Below, piece after piece: positions 56,017 through 64,000 of a DNA stretch of 64,000 nt. Under the pieces are notes generated by a model. The model saw only the letters and a list, made by a program, of their open reading frames with translations. It did not search any database and had not been told where the DNA came from. Positions within the stretch are counted from its first letter, which is position 1; each line of letters starts with the position of its first letter. Source of the DNA: a bacterium (GTDB lineage Bacteria > Arandabacterota > Arandabacteria > Arandabacterales > Arandabacteraceae); NCBI GenBank assembly GCA_029933125.1, contig JAOZOU010000004.1, forward strand, positions 200,879 to 264,878, in the 5' to 3' direction. The position numbers were made by a program, and so were the translations under genes.

Positions 56017-57780
56017 TTGCCCGGAGACAGGGATGAGGTTGTTCTGAGTGGTATAGCTGCGTCCCCAGGTTTAGCGATGGGAAAAGCAATAGTCTTTGCC
56101 AAGCGGGACGTTCGTGTTCCTTTCAGAAGAATACAGGCTGGTGAGGTCGAGGTCGAAATTGATAGGCTGAAGAGAGCGATCGCCGAGTCAAAGCGTCAAC
56201 TTGGCGAGATCAGGGATAAGGTCGCAAGTGAGATGGGAGAATCCTATGCACGCATCTTTGATGCTCACATGATGATCCTTGAGGACAGTCGTACCTTCCA
56301 AGAGGTGGAAAGCAAAATAAGGGATGGCTATAACGCTGAATTTGCCTTCAATTCTGTATTTCTTAGGCATGAGAAGGATCTGTGGGAAAAGGGAGATGTC
56401 TATATAAGGGATCGCGCCGGCGATATAAGAGATGTTCGCAAGCGTGTTCTTTCTGTGCTTTCAGGCACAAGGAGAGTATCTCAGGAACTTTCCGATCTCC
56501 AGACAGATGTAATTGTCATTGCTCATGATCTTTCACCTGCCGATACTGCTCAGATGCGCAAGGAGAAGGTCTTGGCTTTTGCAACCGACATCGGGGGGAG
56601 AACATCCCACACTGCAATAATGGCGAGATCGCTCGAGATCCCGGCAGTTGTCGGTTTGCAGAATGTCAGCTCGCGGGTAAGCGATGGCGACTCGGTGATT
56701 GTGGATGGCAACAGAGGTAAGGTCATAATCTCACCAGCCCCTGAGACACAGGAGCGCTACAGGCTGGAGTCCAGGCGTTATGCAAGCTTCACCCGCGGTT
56801 TGCTGAAATTTAGAGACTTGCCTGCTGTTACGATTGACGGGCATACAATAATGCTATCCGCTAACATAGAGTCCCACGAGGAGGTTGGATCTGTCATCGA
56901 GCACGGAGCTCAGGGTATTGGGCTCTATCGGACTGAATTTATCTATATTGGACGTGAGGGCCTTCCAACTGAGGATGAGCAATATGAGATTTATAAATCC
57001 GTCGCAGAGGCTGTCAAGCCAGAGCCTGTGATCATCAGGACGATGGACCTTGGTGGTGATAAGTTCCTTTCGGCCTTCGAGAGCCCCAAAGAGATGAACC
57101 CGTACCTTGGTTGGAGAGGGATAAGATTCTGCCTTGCCCGCAAAGACATATTCCAGACGCAGCTTCGGGCGATACTGCGAGCTAGTGCAGTTGGCAATGT
57201 AAAGATCATGTATCCCATGATTTCAGGTCTGGATGAACTCATTGAAGCCAACAAAGTGCTTGATGAGGTCAAGGATCAACTCAAAGCTGAGGGAGTTGAA
57301 TTTGACGCTGATTGCGAAGTTGGAATTATGGTTGAAACACCTTCAGCTGTCGTAATTGCTGACGAACTAGCCCGTCATGTAAGATTCTTCAGCATAGGTT
57401 CAAATGACTTGATCCAGTATACCCTGGCCGCTGACAGAGGTAATGAGAAGGTTGCCTACCTTTATGAACCGCTCCATCCTTCTGTTCTAAGATTGATCAA
57501 ACAGACTATAGATGTTGCAAAACGATCAGGGATATGGGTTGGGCTTTGCGGTGAGATGTCGAGCGACCTCGTCTGTGCCTTCATCCTGCTTGGAATGGGT
57601 ATTGATGAGTTGAGCGCCAGCCCCTACGTTGTTCCCGCGGTCAAGGAGATGGTGCGATCTGTATACTTCAGCGATGCCAAAAGAGTAGCAGAATTCGCCC
57701 TTAAGACAACGGATCCAGCCAAGGTGCGTCAGGCGGCTATGGAAAACATCGGCAAGGAATTTCCAGAGCTGCTCCTCTGA
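56017..57780 (+). CDS. ptsI: phosphoenolpyruvate-protein phosphotransferase (Enzyme I)
   Basis: GGRTSHTAIMARSLEIPAVVG and a C-terminal PEP-utilising domain. TTG 56017 is preferred because SD GAGGAGG lies 9 nt upstream. ATG 55999 is the alternative. Confidence 0.8.
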   Translation: MPGDRDEVVLSGIAASPGLAMGKAIVFAKRDVRVPFRRIQAGEVEVEIDRLKRAIAESKRQLGEIRDKVASEMGESYARIFDAHMMILEDSRTFQEVESKIRDGYNAEFAFNSVFLRHEKDLWEKGDVYIRDRAGDIRDVRKRVLSVLSGTRRVSQELSDLQTDVIVIAHDLSPADTAQMRKEKVLAFATDIGGRTSHTAIMARSLEIPAVVGLQNVSSRVSDGDSVIVDGNRGKVIISPAPETQERYRLESRRYASFTRGLLKFRDLPAVTIDGHTIMLSANIESHEEVGSVIEHGAQGIGLYRTEFIYIGREGLPTEDEQYEIYKSVAEAVKPEPVIIRTMDLGGDKFLSAFESPKEMNPYLGWRGIRFCLARKDIFQTQLRAILRASAVGNVKIMYPMISGLDELIEANKVLDEVKDQLKAEGVEFDADCEVGIMVETPSAVVIADELARHVRFFSIGSNDLIQYTLAADRGNEKVAYLYEPLHPSVLRLIKQTIDVAKRSGIWVGLCGEMSSDLVCAFILLGMGIDELSASPYVVPAVKEMVRSVYFSDAKRVAEFALKTTDPAKVRQAAMENIGKEFPELLL

Positions 57781-57906
57781 AGCCACCTTTGGTGGGCTAA
57801 GTATCTCCTTGCCTCTTTGCGTTAGAGCTTGCCTTGAGGAGTTTTTTGGCTATTATATCAATGATTCGCTTTCTCGGGATTGGGCCATTCTAAACAAGGA
57901 GATTGA

Positions 57907-58881
57907 GTGAGAGCTGTCATTCCTGTTGCCGGAGAAGGCACCCGGCTACGTCCACACACCCATACTACGCCCAAGCCACTTCTGAGGGTGGCTGGCAAGC
58001 CCATACTCGGGCACATTCTTGATGATATAGTCCAGCTCGATATCGGTGAGGTCATCCTTGTTGTCGGATATAGAGGCGAGGATATCGTTGAATATGTAAA
58101 GTCTAACTACGATCTCAAGGTTGATGTCGTCGAACAAACTGAACGCCTTGGACTCGGTCATGCTGTCTTCCTTAGCAAAGAATACGTTTATGGTGATCCC
58201 GTCTTCATAATGCTTGGTGATACGATCTTCAAAGGTGACCTTAAGGAAATGATTGCTGCCAGCGGAAATGTGATCGGTGTGAAGAGAGTCTCAGAACCAA
58301 AGCGATTTGGGATCGTCGAAGTTGTGGGTGGTAAAATAGTGAACCTGGTTGAGAAGCCTGACTCACCCAAATCAAATCTTGCCGTGGCCGGGGTTTATGC
58401 CATCTACGATTCACGCGCTCTCTTTGATGCTCTCGAGGAGCTTATCAGCATTGGATACAGGACAAAAGGTGAGTTTCAGCTGACAGATGCTCTCAATAAA
58501 ATGATACAAATGGGTATTGAGATAAAGGCATTTGAAGTTGAAGGCTGGTATGATTGTGGGAAGCCTGAGACGCTGCTCGAGACCAATCGAGCCCTTCTTG
58601 AAGCATCATCTCCTAAGACGAGCATTCCTGGGAGCATTGTGATAGATCCAGTCTTCATCGCTGAGGATGCTCAGGTACTATCCTCAATCGTTGGTCCATA
58701 CGTTTCGATAGCTGGCGGTTCAGTTGTGAGGAAATCAATAGTGAGGAATTCGATAATAGGGGAGAAAGCCGTTGTTGAAGACGCCCTTCTTGAATCGTCC
58801 CTTATAGGAGACAATGCGATTGTGAGGGGTATGTTCAAACGTCTGAACGTCGGTGACTCTTCGCAGATTGATTTTAGTTAG
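57907..58881 (+). CDS. sugar-1-phosphate nucleotidyltransferase with C-terminal left-handed beta-helix
   Basis: [26 protein letters not shown] is a G1P thymidylyl/guanylyltransferase-type motif. GTG start with SD AAGGAG. Confidence 0.7.
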   Translation: MRAVIPVAGEGTRLRPHTHTTPKPLLRVAGKPILGHILDDIVQLDIGEVILVVGYRGEDIVEYVKSNYDLKVDVVEQTERLGLGHAVFLSKEYVYGDPVFIMLGDTIFKGDLKEMIAASGNVIGVKRVSEPKRFGIVEVVGGKIVNLVEKPDSPKSNLAVAGVYAIYDSRALFDALEELISIGYRTKGEFQLTDALNKMIQMGIEIKAFEVEGWYDCGKPETLLETNRALLEASSPKTSIPGSIVIDPVFIAEDAQVLSSIVGPYVSIAGGSVVRKSIVRNSIIGEKAVVEDALLESSLIGDNAIVRGMFKRLNVGDSSQIDFS

Positions 58882-58886
58882 GGAGG

Positions 58887-60035
58887 TTGAGAATGACCAA
58901 GCAGAAGCATCTTTTTACTTCAGAATCGGTTACCGAAGGTCATCCCGACAAGATTGCTGATCAGATTTCAGATGCAATACTTGATGAAATCATGGCTCAG
59001 GATCCCGATGGTAGAGTCGCCTGTGAGACAATGGTAACGACCGGTCTGGCTTTTGTTGCAGGTGAGATAACAACTAGCTGTTATGTTGATATACCGTCTA
59101 TTGTCCGCCGTGTGATAAGAGAGATCGGATATGTTGACGCCTCTTTCGGCTTCGACTACAAGACTTGTGCAATTCTGACATCAATCGACGAACAATCTCC
59201 AGATATAGCCCTTGGGGTTAACAAGGAAGGTGCAGGTGACCAGGGTATGATGTTTGGCTATGCAAGGAGAGAGACCCCGGAACTCATGCCTCTACCGATT
59301 ATGCTCGCCCATAAACTCGCTCGAAAGTTGGCTGAAGTCCGTAAGAACAAAGAGATTGATTATCTGAGACCAGATGGAAAGACACAGGTTACTGTCGAAT
59401 ATGAGAACGGTGAACCAATTGGTGTAAAGGCTATTGTTGTGGCTGCCCAGCACGAGCCTGACGTTAGTGCTAAACAGATTGAGGAAGATATAATCGAGAA
59501 GGTGATCAAACATGTGGTTCCAGCAGATCTTATTGGAGATGACATAAAGTACTACATAAATGCGACGGGTAAATTCGTCATCGGCGGGCCTCAGGGTGAT
59601 TGCGGTCTTACAGGTAGAAAAATCATTGTTGATACCTACGGGGGCGTTGGGAGCCACGGTGGGGGTTGCATGTCGGGTAAGGATCCTACGAAGGTCGACA
59701 GATCGGGTTCCTATATGGCTCGTTATGTGGCTAAGAATGTTGTTGCTGCAGGTCTTGCAGATGAGTGTGAGGTGCAGGTTGCATATGCAATTGGTGTGGA
59801 CAGGCCAGTATCGATAATGATCGATACGCACGGAACCGGTGTTGTGCCTGATGAACAGCTGGTCAAGGTTGTAACGAAGAATTTTGATTTCCGTCCGAGG
59901 GCAATTATCGAGACACTGAAGCTTCGGCGTCCAATCTATCGGAGAACAGCAGCTTATGGGCACTTTGGCCGAGAAGAAGAAGGTTTCACCTGGGAAATCA
60001 CTGATCGCGTTGAGGATCTAAAGAGATCTGTCTGA
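58887..60035 (+). CDS. metK: S-adenosylmethionine synthetase
   Basis: [24 protein letters not shown]..., GGGAFSGKD-type motif (GGGCMSGKD). Confidence 0.9.
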   Translation: MRMTKQKHLFTSESVTEGHPDKIADQISDAILDEIMAQDPDGRVACETMVTTGLAFVAGEITTSCYVDIPSIVRRVIREIGYVDASFGFDYKTCAILTSIDEQSPDIALGVNKEGAGDQGMMFGYARRETPELMPLPIMLAHKLARKLAEVRKNKEIDYLRPDGKTQVTVEYENGEPIGVKAIVVAAQHEPDVSAKQIEEDIIEKVIKHVVPADLIGDDIKYYINATGKFVIGGPQGDCGLTGRKIIVDTYGGVGSHGGGCMSGKDPTKVDRSGSYMARYVAKNVVAAGLADECEVQVAYAIGVDRPVSIMIDTHGTGVVPDEQLVKVVTKNFDFRPRAIIETLKLRRPIYRRTAAYGHFGREEEGFTWEITDRVEDLKRSV

Positions 60036-60045
60036 GGGGGTAGAG

Positions 60046-61302
60046 ATGGAATACGACGTTCGGGACAAGTCTTTGGCACCGAAAGGGAAGCTGCGCATTC
60101 AATGGGCAGAAGGCAATATGCCTGTGCTCAGCATGATTGCACAGAGATTCAGGAAGGAACGTCCTCTAGATGGCGTAAAAATATCGGCATGCCTCCACGT
60201 TACTACTGAGACCGCAAATCTGATGAGAACTCTTAAGGCTGGAGGTGCTGAGGTGCGCCTGTGCGCCTCCAATCCTTTGAGTACTCAAGACGACGTTGCC
60301 GCATCACTTGTTGTAGATCATGGCATAAGTGTTTTCGCAAAACGTGGGATTGATTCGTCAGGCTACTATGAGCACATAAGGGCTGCTCTGAGTTTCTCTC
60401 CAAACATCACTATGGACGACGGAGCGGATCTCGTCTCCACTCTCCATTCTGAGATGAAGAATATGATCGCCGGCGTAATCGGGGGAACCGAGGAGACGAC
60501 AACGGGGGTCATAAGGCTCAGAAGTATGGCAAGGGAAGGGGCTCTTAGCTACCCCATCATCGCGGTAAATGATGCTATGACAAAGCATCTCTTTGATAAT
60601 AGATACGGCACAGGACAAAGCACCATAGATGGCATATTAAGAGCGACAAATGCTCTCCTTGCTGGTTCAAAGGTTGTGATAGCTGGATATGGTTGGTGTG
60701 GTAGGGGGCTTGCCGCGAGAGCTCGTGGAATGGGGGCGAATGTGATAGTTACAGAGGTTGATCCTCTCAAGGCGCTAGAAGCTGTTATGGAGGGTTTCAC
60801 AGTTCTACCGATGGATGAAGCTGCCCGCATTGGTGATATTTTCATAACAGTTACTGGCAACACTTCAGTGATTCGCCGCGAGCATTTTGAGACCATGAAG
60901 GATGGAGCAATAGTTGCTAATTCAGGCCATTTCAATGTCGAAATCGACCTTGATGAACTTGAGAAGATGAAGAAGTCAAAGCAGGTTGTAAGAGACAATG
61001 TTGAGGAATATGTGGTCGATGGCGGCAGGAGAATAAGGGTGCTGGGCGAGGGAAGGCTGATAAATCTGGCTGCCGCAGAGGGGCATCCAGCCACTGTAAT
61101 GGATATGAGCTTTGCAAATCAGGCTTTGTGCATCGAGCATCTCGTAAAGGCCGGTAGGCATATGAAACCAGGTGTTTATGGTGTTCCTGAGGAAATCGAC
61201 AGCAGCGTGGCAAGTCTGAAGCTTAAGGCTCTTGGGGTCAAAATCGATACTCTGACTGAGAAGCAGCGCAAATACCTGGCATCCTGGAAGGCAGGAACCT
61301 AA
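60046..61302 (+). CDS. ahcY: adenosylhomocysteinase
   Basis: NAD-binding [11 protein letters not shown], 418 aa. Confidence 0.9.
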   Translation: MEYDVRDKSLAPKGKLRIQWAEGNMPVLSMIAQRFRKERPLDGVKISACLHVTTETANLMRTLKAGGAEVRLCASNPLSTQDDVAASLVVDHGISVFAKRGIDSSGYYEHIRAALSFSPNITMDDGADLVSTLHSEMKNMIAGVIGGTEETTTGVIRLRSMAREGALSYPIIAVNDAMTKHLFDNRYGTGQSTIDGILRATNALLAGSKVVIAGYGWCGRGLAARARGMGANVIVTEVDPLKALEAVMEGFTVLPMDEAARIGDIFITVTGNTSVIRREHFETMKDGAIVANSGHFNVEIDLDELEKMKKSKQVVRDNVEEYVVDGGRRIRVLGEGRLINLAAAEGHPATVMDMSFANQALCIEHLVKAGRHMKPGVYGVPEEIDSSVASLKLKALGVKIDTLTEKQRKYLASWKAGT

Positions 61303-62387
61303 TGCTTCTCAGCCCGCAATATGAGGGCAATTCCGCAAGCGGCAAACACGAAATTACCCAGCCAGGCTGCTATGAAGGATGGCAGTAAAGCATGGTCTCC
61401 GAGGGTCTGGCCAACCCGAATGAAGCCATAATAGATGAAAGTAATGGCCAGACCCAATCCCACTCCGATAGCGATGCCTCCCCTTCTCAGACGTGCTGAT
61501 AGGGGGGCACCGATCAGGATGACGACGAGATTGGTGAAGGGAAAAGCAAGTTTCATGTTAAGACCTACCCGGTAGCGGGTCGGATCACCTCCGCTTTCTT
61601 CTATACGTCTGACAAGTCGTCTGAGCTCGCGGTAACTCATCTCCTCTGGTTTTCTTTGTTCGCGAACTATATCACTCGGATTATCTCGTAGGTTTGCGAA
61701 AGTACCCTCAGGGATGTAAGCCTCCCTTTTGACTTCGCCATTCTCATCGAACCATCGTACCCAGGCATCAACAAAAACCCATACAGAATCTTTCCATATG
61801 GCTTTCTTGGCATTGAGACGATAGATGAGTTCTTCGCCTGCTGTCTTCTCGACGACGACTTCGTTCATGGTTTTCCTGTAAGTGTCAAACTCAGGAGTGA
61901 AGTAGAAAACCCCTGATTCACCTCTGTAGCTGATATTGATTTTCTTGTGAGGCTGCCTGCGTACCTTGGGCTTTTTAATCTCCGTCGCTTTTATCTTTCT
62001 CACGGTTGAATTGGTTTCAGGTTCAACGAGCTCACCAAGAGCGAGTGAGACCAGGCTTGCTATAAGGCCAACGGCGACGAGGGGCACAACGGTTCTAAGA
62101 AACCTTATCCCGGATGCCCGCATGGCTACCAGCTCGCTATGCCTAGCCATCTGTCCCACTGTAAAAAGGCATGCTATAAGCGTAGCGATGGGGAGGGTAA
62201 GATTAAAAATGTATGGAACCTGGTACGCATAGTATTTTAGAACTGTCAGGATATGGACATCGTTGTCCACAAAATCATCCACATTCTCAACCATGTCCAG
62301 GCTTATAAAGACAACGAGGAAGGCGATGCTTCCAATGCATATCGTTTTGGCTGTCTCTCTCATCATGTACCTATCAAGGATTCTCAC
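61299..62387 (-). CDS. lptG: LPS export permease, LptF/LptG (YjgP/YjgQ) family
   Basis: 362 aa with a 3+3 TM organisation and a periplasmic beta-jellyroll. Confidence 0.7.
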   Translation of the reverse strand: MRILDRYMMRETAKTICIGSIAFLVVFISLDMVENVDDFVDNDVHILTVLKYYAYQVPYIFNLTLPIATLIACLFTVGQMARHSELVAMRASGIRFLRTVVPLVAVGLIASLVSLALGELVEPETNSTVRKIKATEIKKPKVRRQPHKKINISYRGESGVFYFTPEFDTYRKTMNEVVVEKTAGEELIYRLNAKKAIWKDSVWVFVDAWVRWFDENGEVKREAYIPEGTFANLRDNPSDIVREQRKPEEMSYRELRRLVRRIEESGGDPTRYRVGLNMKLAFPFTNLVVILIGAPLSARLRRGGIAIGVGLGLAITFIYYGFIRVGQTLGDHALLPSFIAAWLGNFVFAACGIALILRAEKH

Positions 62388-63748
62388 TTAAGAAGGCTCC
62401 TTAGCCATTTGGTAAGCCGGGCTGGTACGAAGGGCAGCTCCTTATTGGCACGTATAAACAAATAGATACCAACAGCACCCAAAACAATGTTTGCTGCCCA
62501 CATCGAAAGTGAAGGCAGTACGTAGCCTCTATCAGCAAGTTTCTCACCGGCTGTCAAGAAGGCATAGTAGATAGCAAAGAAACCTGAACTGATGACCATG
62601 CCAGCACCTGCGCCACCTTCCTTTGCCCTAACCGCAATTGGCACACCGAGCAAAACGAAGACAACGCAGGCAAAGGAGATTGCAATTTTCTTATGCACCT
62701 CAACCGATAGGGATCTTATCTTACGTCTATAAGAATTTGCCTGATCTCTCAAAGTTTTGAGTCTATCGGTTGCGTGTTCAAGAGTGCTCGCAAGACTTCC
62801 TGTTGCAACACCCAGAGAATCAGATGTGACAAGCCTATCTCTAATGGCTGCGGCTTCTGTCACAGATTCACTTACGGTGCTGGCTACTTCATCTTCAACC
62901 GCATACAGTTTTGTTTTGTATTTTTCGATTTCGTGCATAAGGCCACCGATGCTAAGCTCACGGTCACCCCTGTACTTCCTGTCAACCTTGACAAGCTTAC
63001 TACCAGCTTCTGGTATGTTGAGAGTATGCTCAGTAAATTTCACCCGAAGATACCTTCGAGGATCCTTGGGATCGACGTCATGGATTTCCCCATCATAGAG
63101 TTTTATTACGAGTGTTGTGCCATCAGCTGCGTAGTATATCTCGCCATGGTCAGCCCTTATTGTCTGTGCTGGTTTGCCTTCGACAAGCTTAGAGATTGTT
63201 ACACCTTCTATCTTCCTGCCCCTGGCTTTTTGCACAAGTATGCTATATCCCTTTATGTCGTTCATGAAAATGCCATCCCTGAGTTGAAGGGCAGGCTTTT
63301 TCTTGTGTATAGCTATTAGCAGGTTTGCTAATCTATGGTTGGTCTCGGGAACTACATAGTTGTGAACTGGTATCATGGCGAGGGAAAGCGCAAATGAGGC
63401 GATTATCAGAGGCTTGGCGATTTGCGTAAGGCTTAGACCCGCGGTTCTCATTGCCACAATCTCATTGTCAGATCCCAGTCGCATGAAGGATATTAGAACT
63501 GCTATCAGTACGGCCATAGGAACAGCCATGACAACCATCCAGCCAAGGCTTAAGACGAGTAGCTCAATGGAAGTTGTGATAGGTACCCCTTTGCCTATCA
63601 AGGTCTCGAGGTTCTTGTAGAGGAAATTAAGGATAAGTATGAAAATGACAACGAACATTCCAAAGAGGAAAGGCGGAATCTGTTCTTTGAGCACATACTT
63701 ATGGAGTGTCTTCATCAGTACACCAGCGTATCCCAAAGTGGTCACCAT
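62384..63748 (-). CDS. lptF: LPS export permease, LptF/LptG (YjgP/YjgQ) family
   Basis: 454 aa, overlap-coupled to the downstream paralog. Confidence 0.7.
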   Translation of the reverse strand: MVTTLGYAGVLMKTLHKYVLKEQIPPFLFGMFVVIFILILNFLYKNLETLIGKGVPITTSIELLVLSLGWMVVMAVPMAVLIAVLISFMRLGSDNEIVAMRTAGLSLTQIAKPLIIASFALSLAMIPVHNYVVPETNHRLANLLIAIHKKKPALQLRDGIFMNDIKGYSILVQKARGRKIEGVTISKLVEGKPAQTIRADHGEIYYAADGTTLVIKLYDGEIHDVDPKDPRRYLRVKFTEHTLNIPEAGSKLVKVDRKYRGDRELSIGGLMHEIEKYKTKLYAVEDEVASTVSESVTEAAAIRDRLVTSDSLGVATGSLASTLEHATDRLKTLRDQANSYRRKIRSLSVEVHKKIAISFACVVFVLLGVPIAVRAKEGGAGAGMVISSGFFAIYYAFLTAGEKLADRGYVLPSLSMWAANIVLGAVGIYLFIRANKELPFVPARLTKWLRSLLK

Positions 63749-63859
63749 CTATCGTGCCAGGTGCCAAGTTATTATATGCATTCTCAAAGAGCAAGTGCAC
63801 TTTTATTTTAGTATATTCAAGGGGTTTGAGCGATTGTGAGGAATGTTGAAGAAACTGGC

Positions 63860-64000
63860 ATGGAAATTGCGGACAAACCCCCACGGGGAATGCTCTGCCG
63901 GAGTGCGTCTGTGAGGCATAAAGCGTGTTCAAGAATAGTTCTGGGGTGGCTGTTTCTCTTTGTCCCGATCTTTGCCGTAGGGGCTTGGGCCCGGGATGTT
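63860..64000 (+). CDS. partial ORF (5' end only) encoding a signal peptide; runs off the window
   Basis: In-frame MLCRSASVRHKACSRIVLGWLFLFVPIFAVGAWA-RD has n/h/c-region signal peptide character. Divergent from lptF. Confidence 0.25.
   Translation, partial: MEIADKPPRGMLCRSASVRHKACSRIVLGWLFLFVPIFAVGAWARDV

Noticed and set aside
57781-57860. Possible intrinsic terminator after ptsI (imperfect AGCCACC/GGTGGGCT stem, later GAGGAGTTTTTTGG)
   Set aside because: The stems are short or imperfect and the T-run is not directly preceded by a convincing GC-rich hairpin. It is too weak to call as a feature.
59292-59963. 223-aa - strand ORF inside metK
   Set aside because: metK is unambiguous on the + strand. 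This is an antisense artefact.
60549-61094. 181-aa - strand ORF inside ahcY
   Set aside because: ahcY is unambiguous on the + strand. This is an antisense artefact.
61299-61302. Convergent 4-nt overlap of the ahcY and lptG stop codons
   Set aside because: This is a common compact-genome arrangement. It lacks an obvious bidirectional terminator but is not otherwise notable.
62774-63319. 181-aa + strand ORF inside lptF (- strand)
   Set aside because: Antisense to the LptF/G permease. No start context.
1-64000. CRISPR arrays, tRNA/rRNA genes, transposases/integrases, prophage or defence-system genes
   Set aside because: No regularly spaced direct repeats were seen. Intergenic regions are short (mostly under 160 nt) and contain no cloverleaf-like tRNA candidates. 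No ORF shows DDE/tyrosine-recombinase, helicase-nuclease or toxin-antitoxin hallmarks.

Overview
This is a gene-dense stretch (about 50% GC, almost all genes on the + strand) from a diderm, T9SS-bearing bacterium, probably of the FCB group but not Bacteroidetes proper. Supporting this: canonical TTGACA-N16/17-TAnnnT promoters, an HprK/HPr/EI module, sigma-54 (RpoN), Kdo/Lpt lipopolysaccharide machinery, a four-subunit 2-oxoacid:ferredoxin oxidoreductase and HdrCB-like proteins, which together suggest an anaerobic or fermentative metabolism. The conserved core block runs from 35.4 to 64 kb: KorDABG, a TIGR03960/DUF2344 radical-SAM fusion next to RNase G, rplU-rpmA, class I fumarase, kdsB-pyrG-kdsA-kdsC-kdsD-lpxL-lptC-lptB-rpoN-lipA-hpf-hprK-ptsH-ptsI, a sugar nucleotidyltransferase, metK, ahcY and a convergent lptFG pair. 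The most unusual content is in the first 28 kb. A three-gene outer-membrane module occurs twice with all three members paralogous (3036-8904 and 22808-28318). Each copy encodes a CarbopepD_reg-type TonB-dependent transporter, then an acidic Ca-loop/Fn3 protein with a T9SS C-terminal sorting domain, then a dedicated PorV/PorQ-family beta-barrel. Copy 1 is followed, with a 2-nt gap, by a GWxTD-domain protein and a complete ExbB-ExbD-ExbD-TonB energiser. A second GWxTD gene is overlap-coupled to a TolC/HlyD/FtsX-FtsX efflux cluster that has no ATPase gene. I suggest this is an undescribed SusC/SusD-like surface uptake system in which the surface partner is a T9SS-anchored cargo with its own PorV-like shuttle. 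Other points worth a second look are an HdrC/HdrB-like pair fused in an operon with dihydrolipoamide dehydrogenase, a perfect 13-bp hairpin that sequesters the RBS and abuts the start codon of a Yip1-like gene, a nadD that has no canonical start codon upstream of its catalytic HxGH motif, a lipoate ligase-like gene overlap-coupled to three unknown membrane proteins, and a sigma-54-like -24/-12 motif in front of lpxL-lptC-lptB-rpoN. I found no CRISPR array, tRNA/rRNA gene, transposase or integrase.
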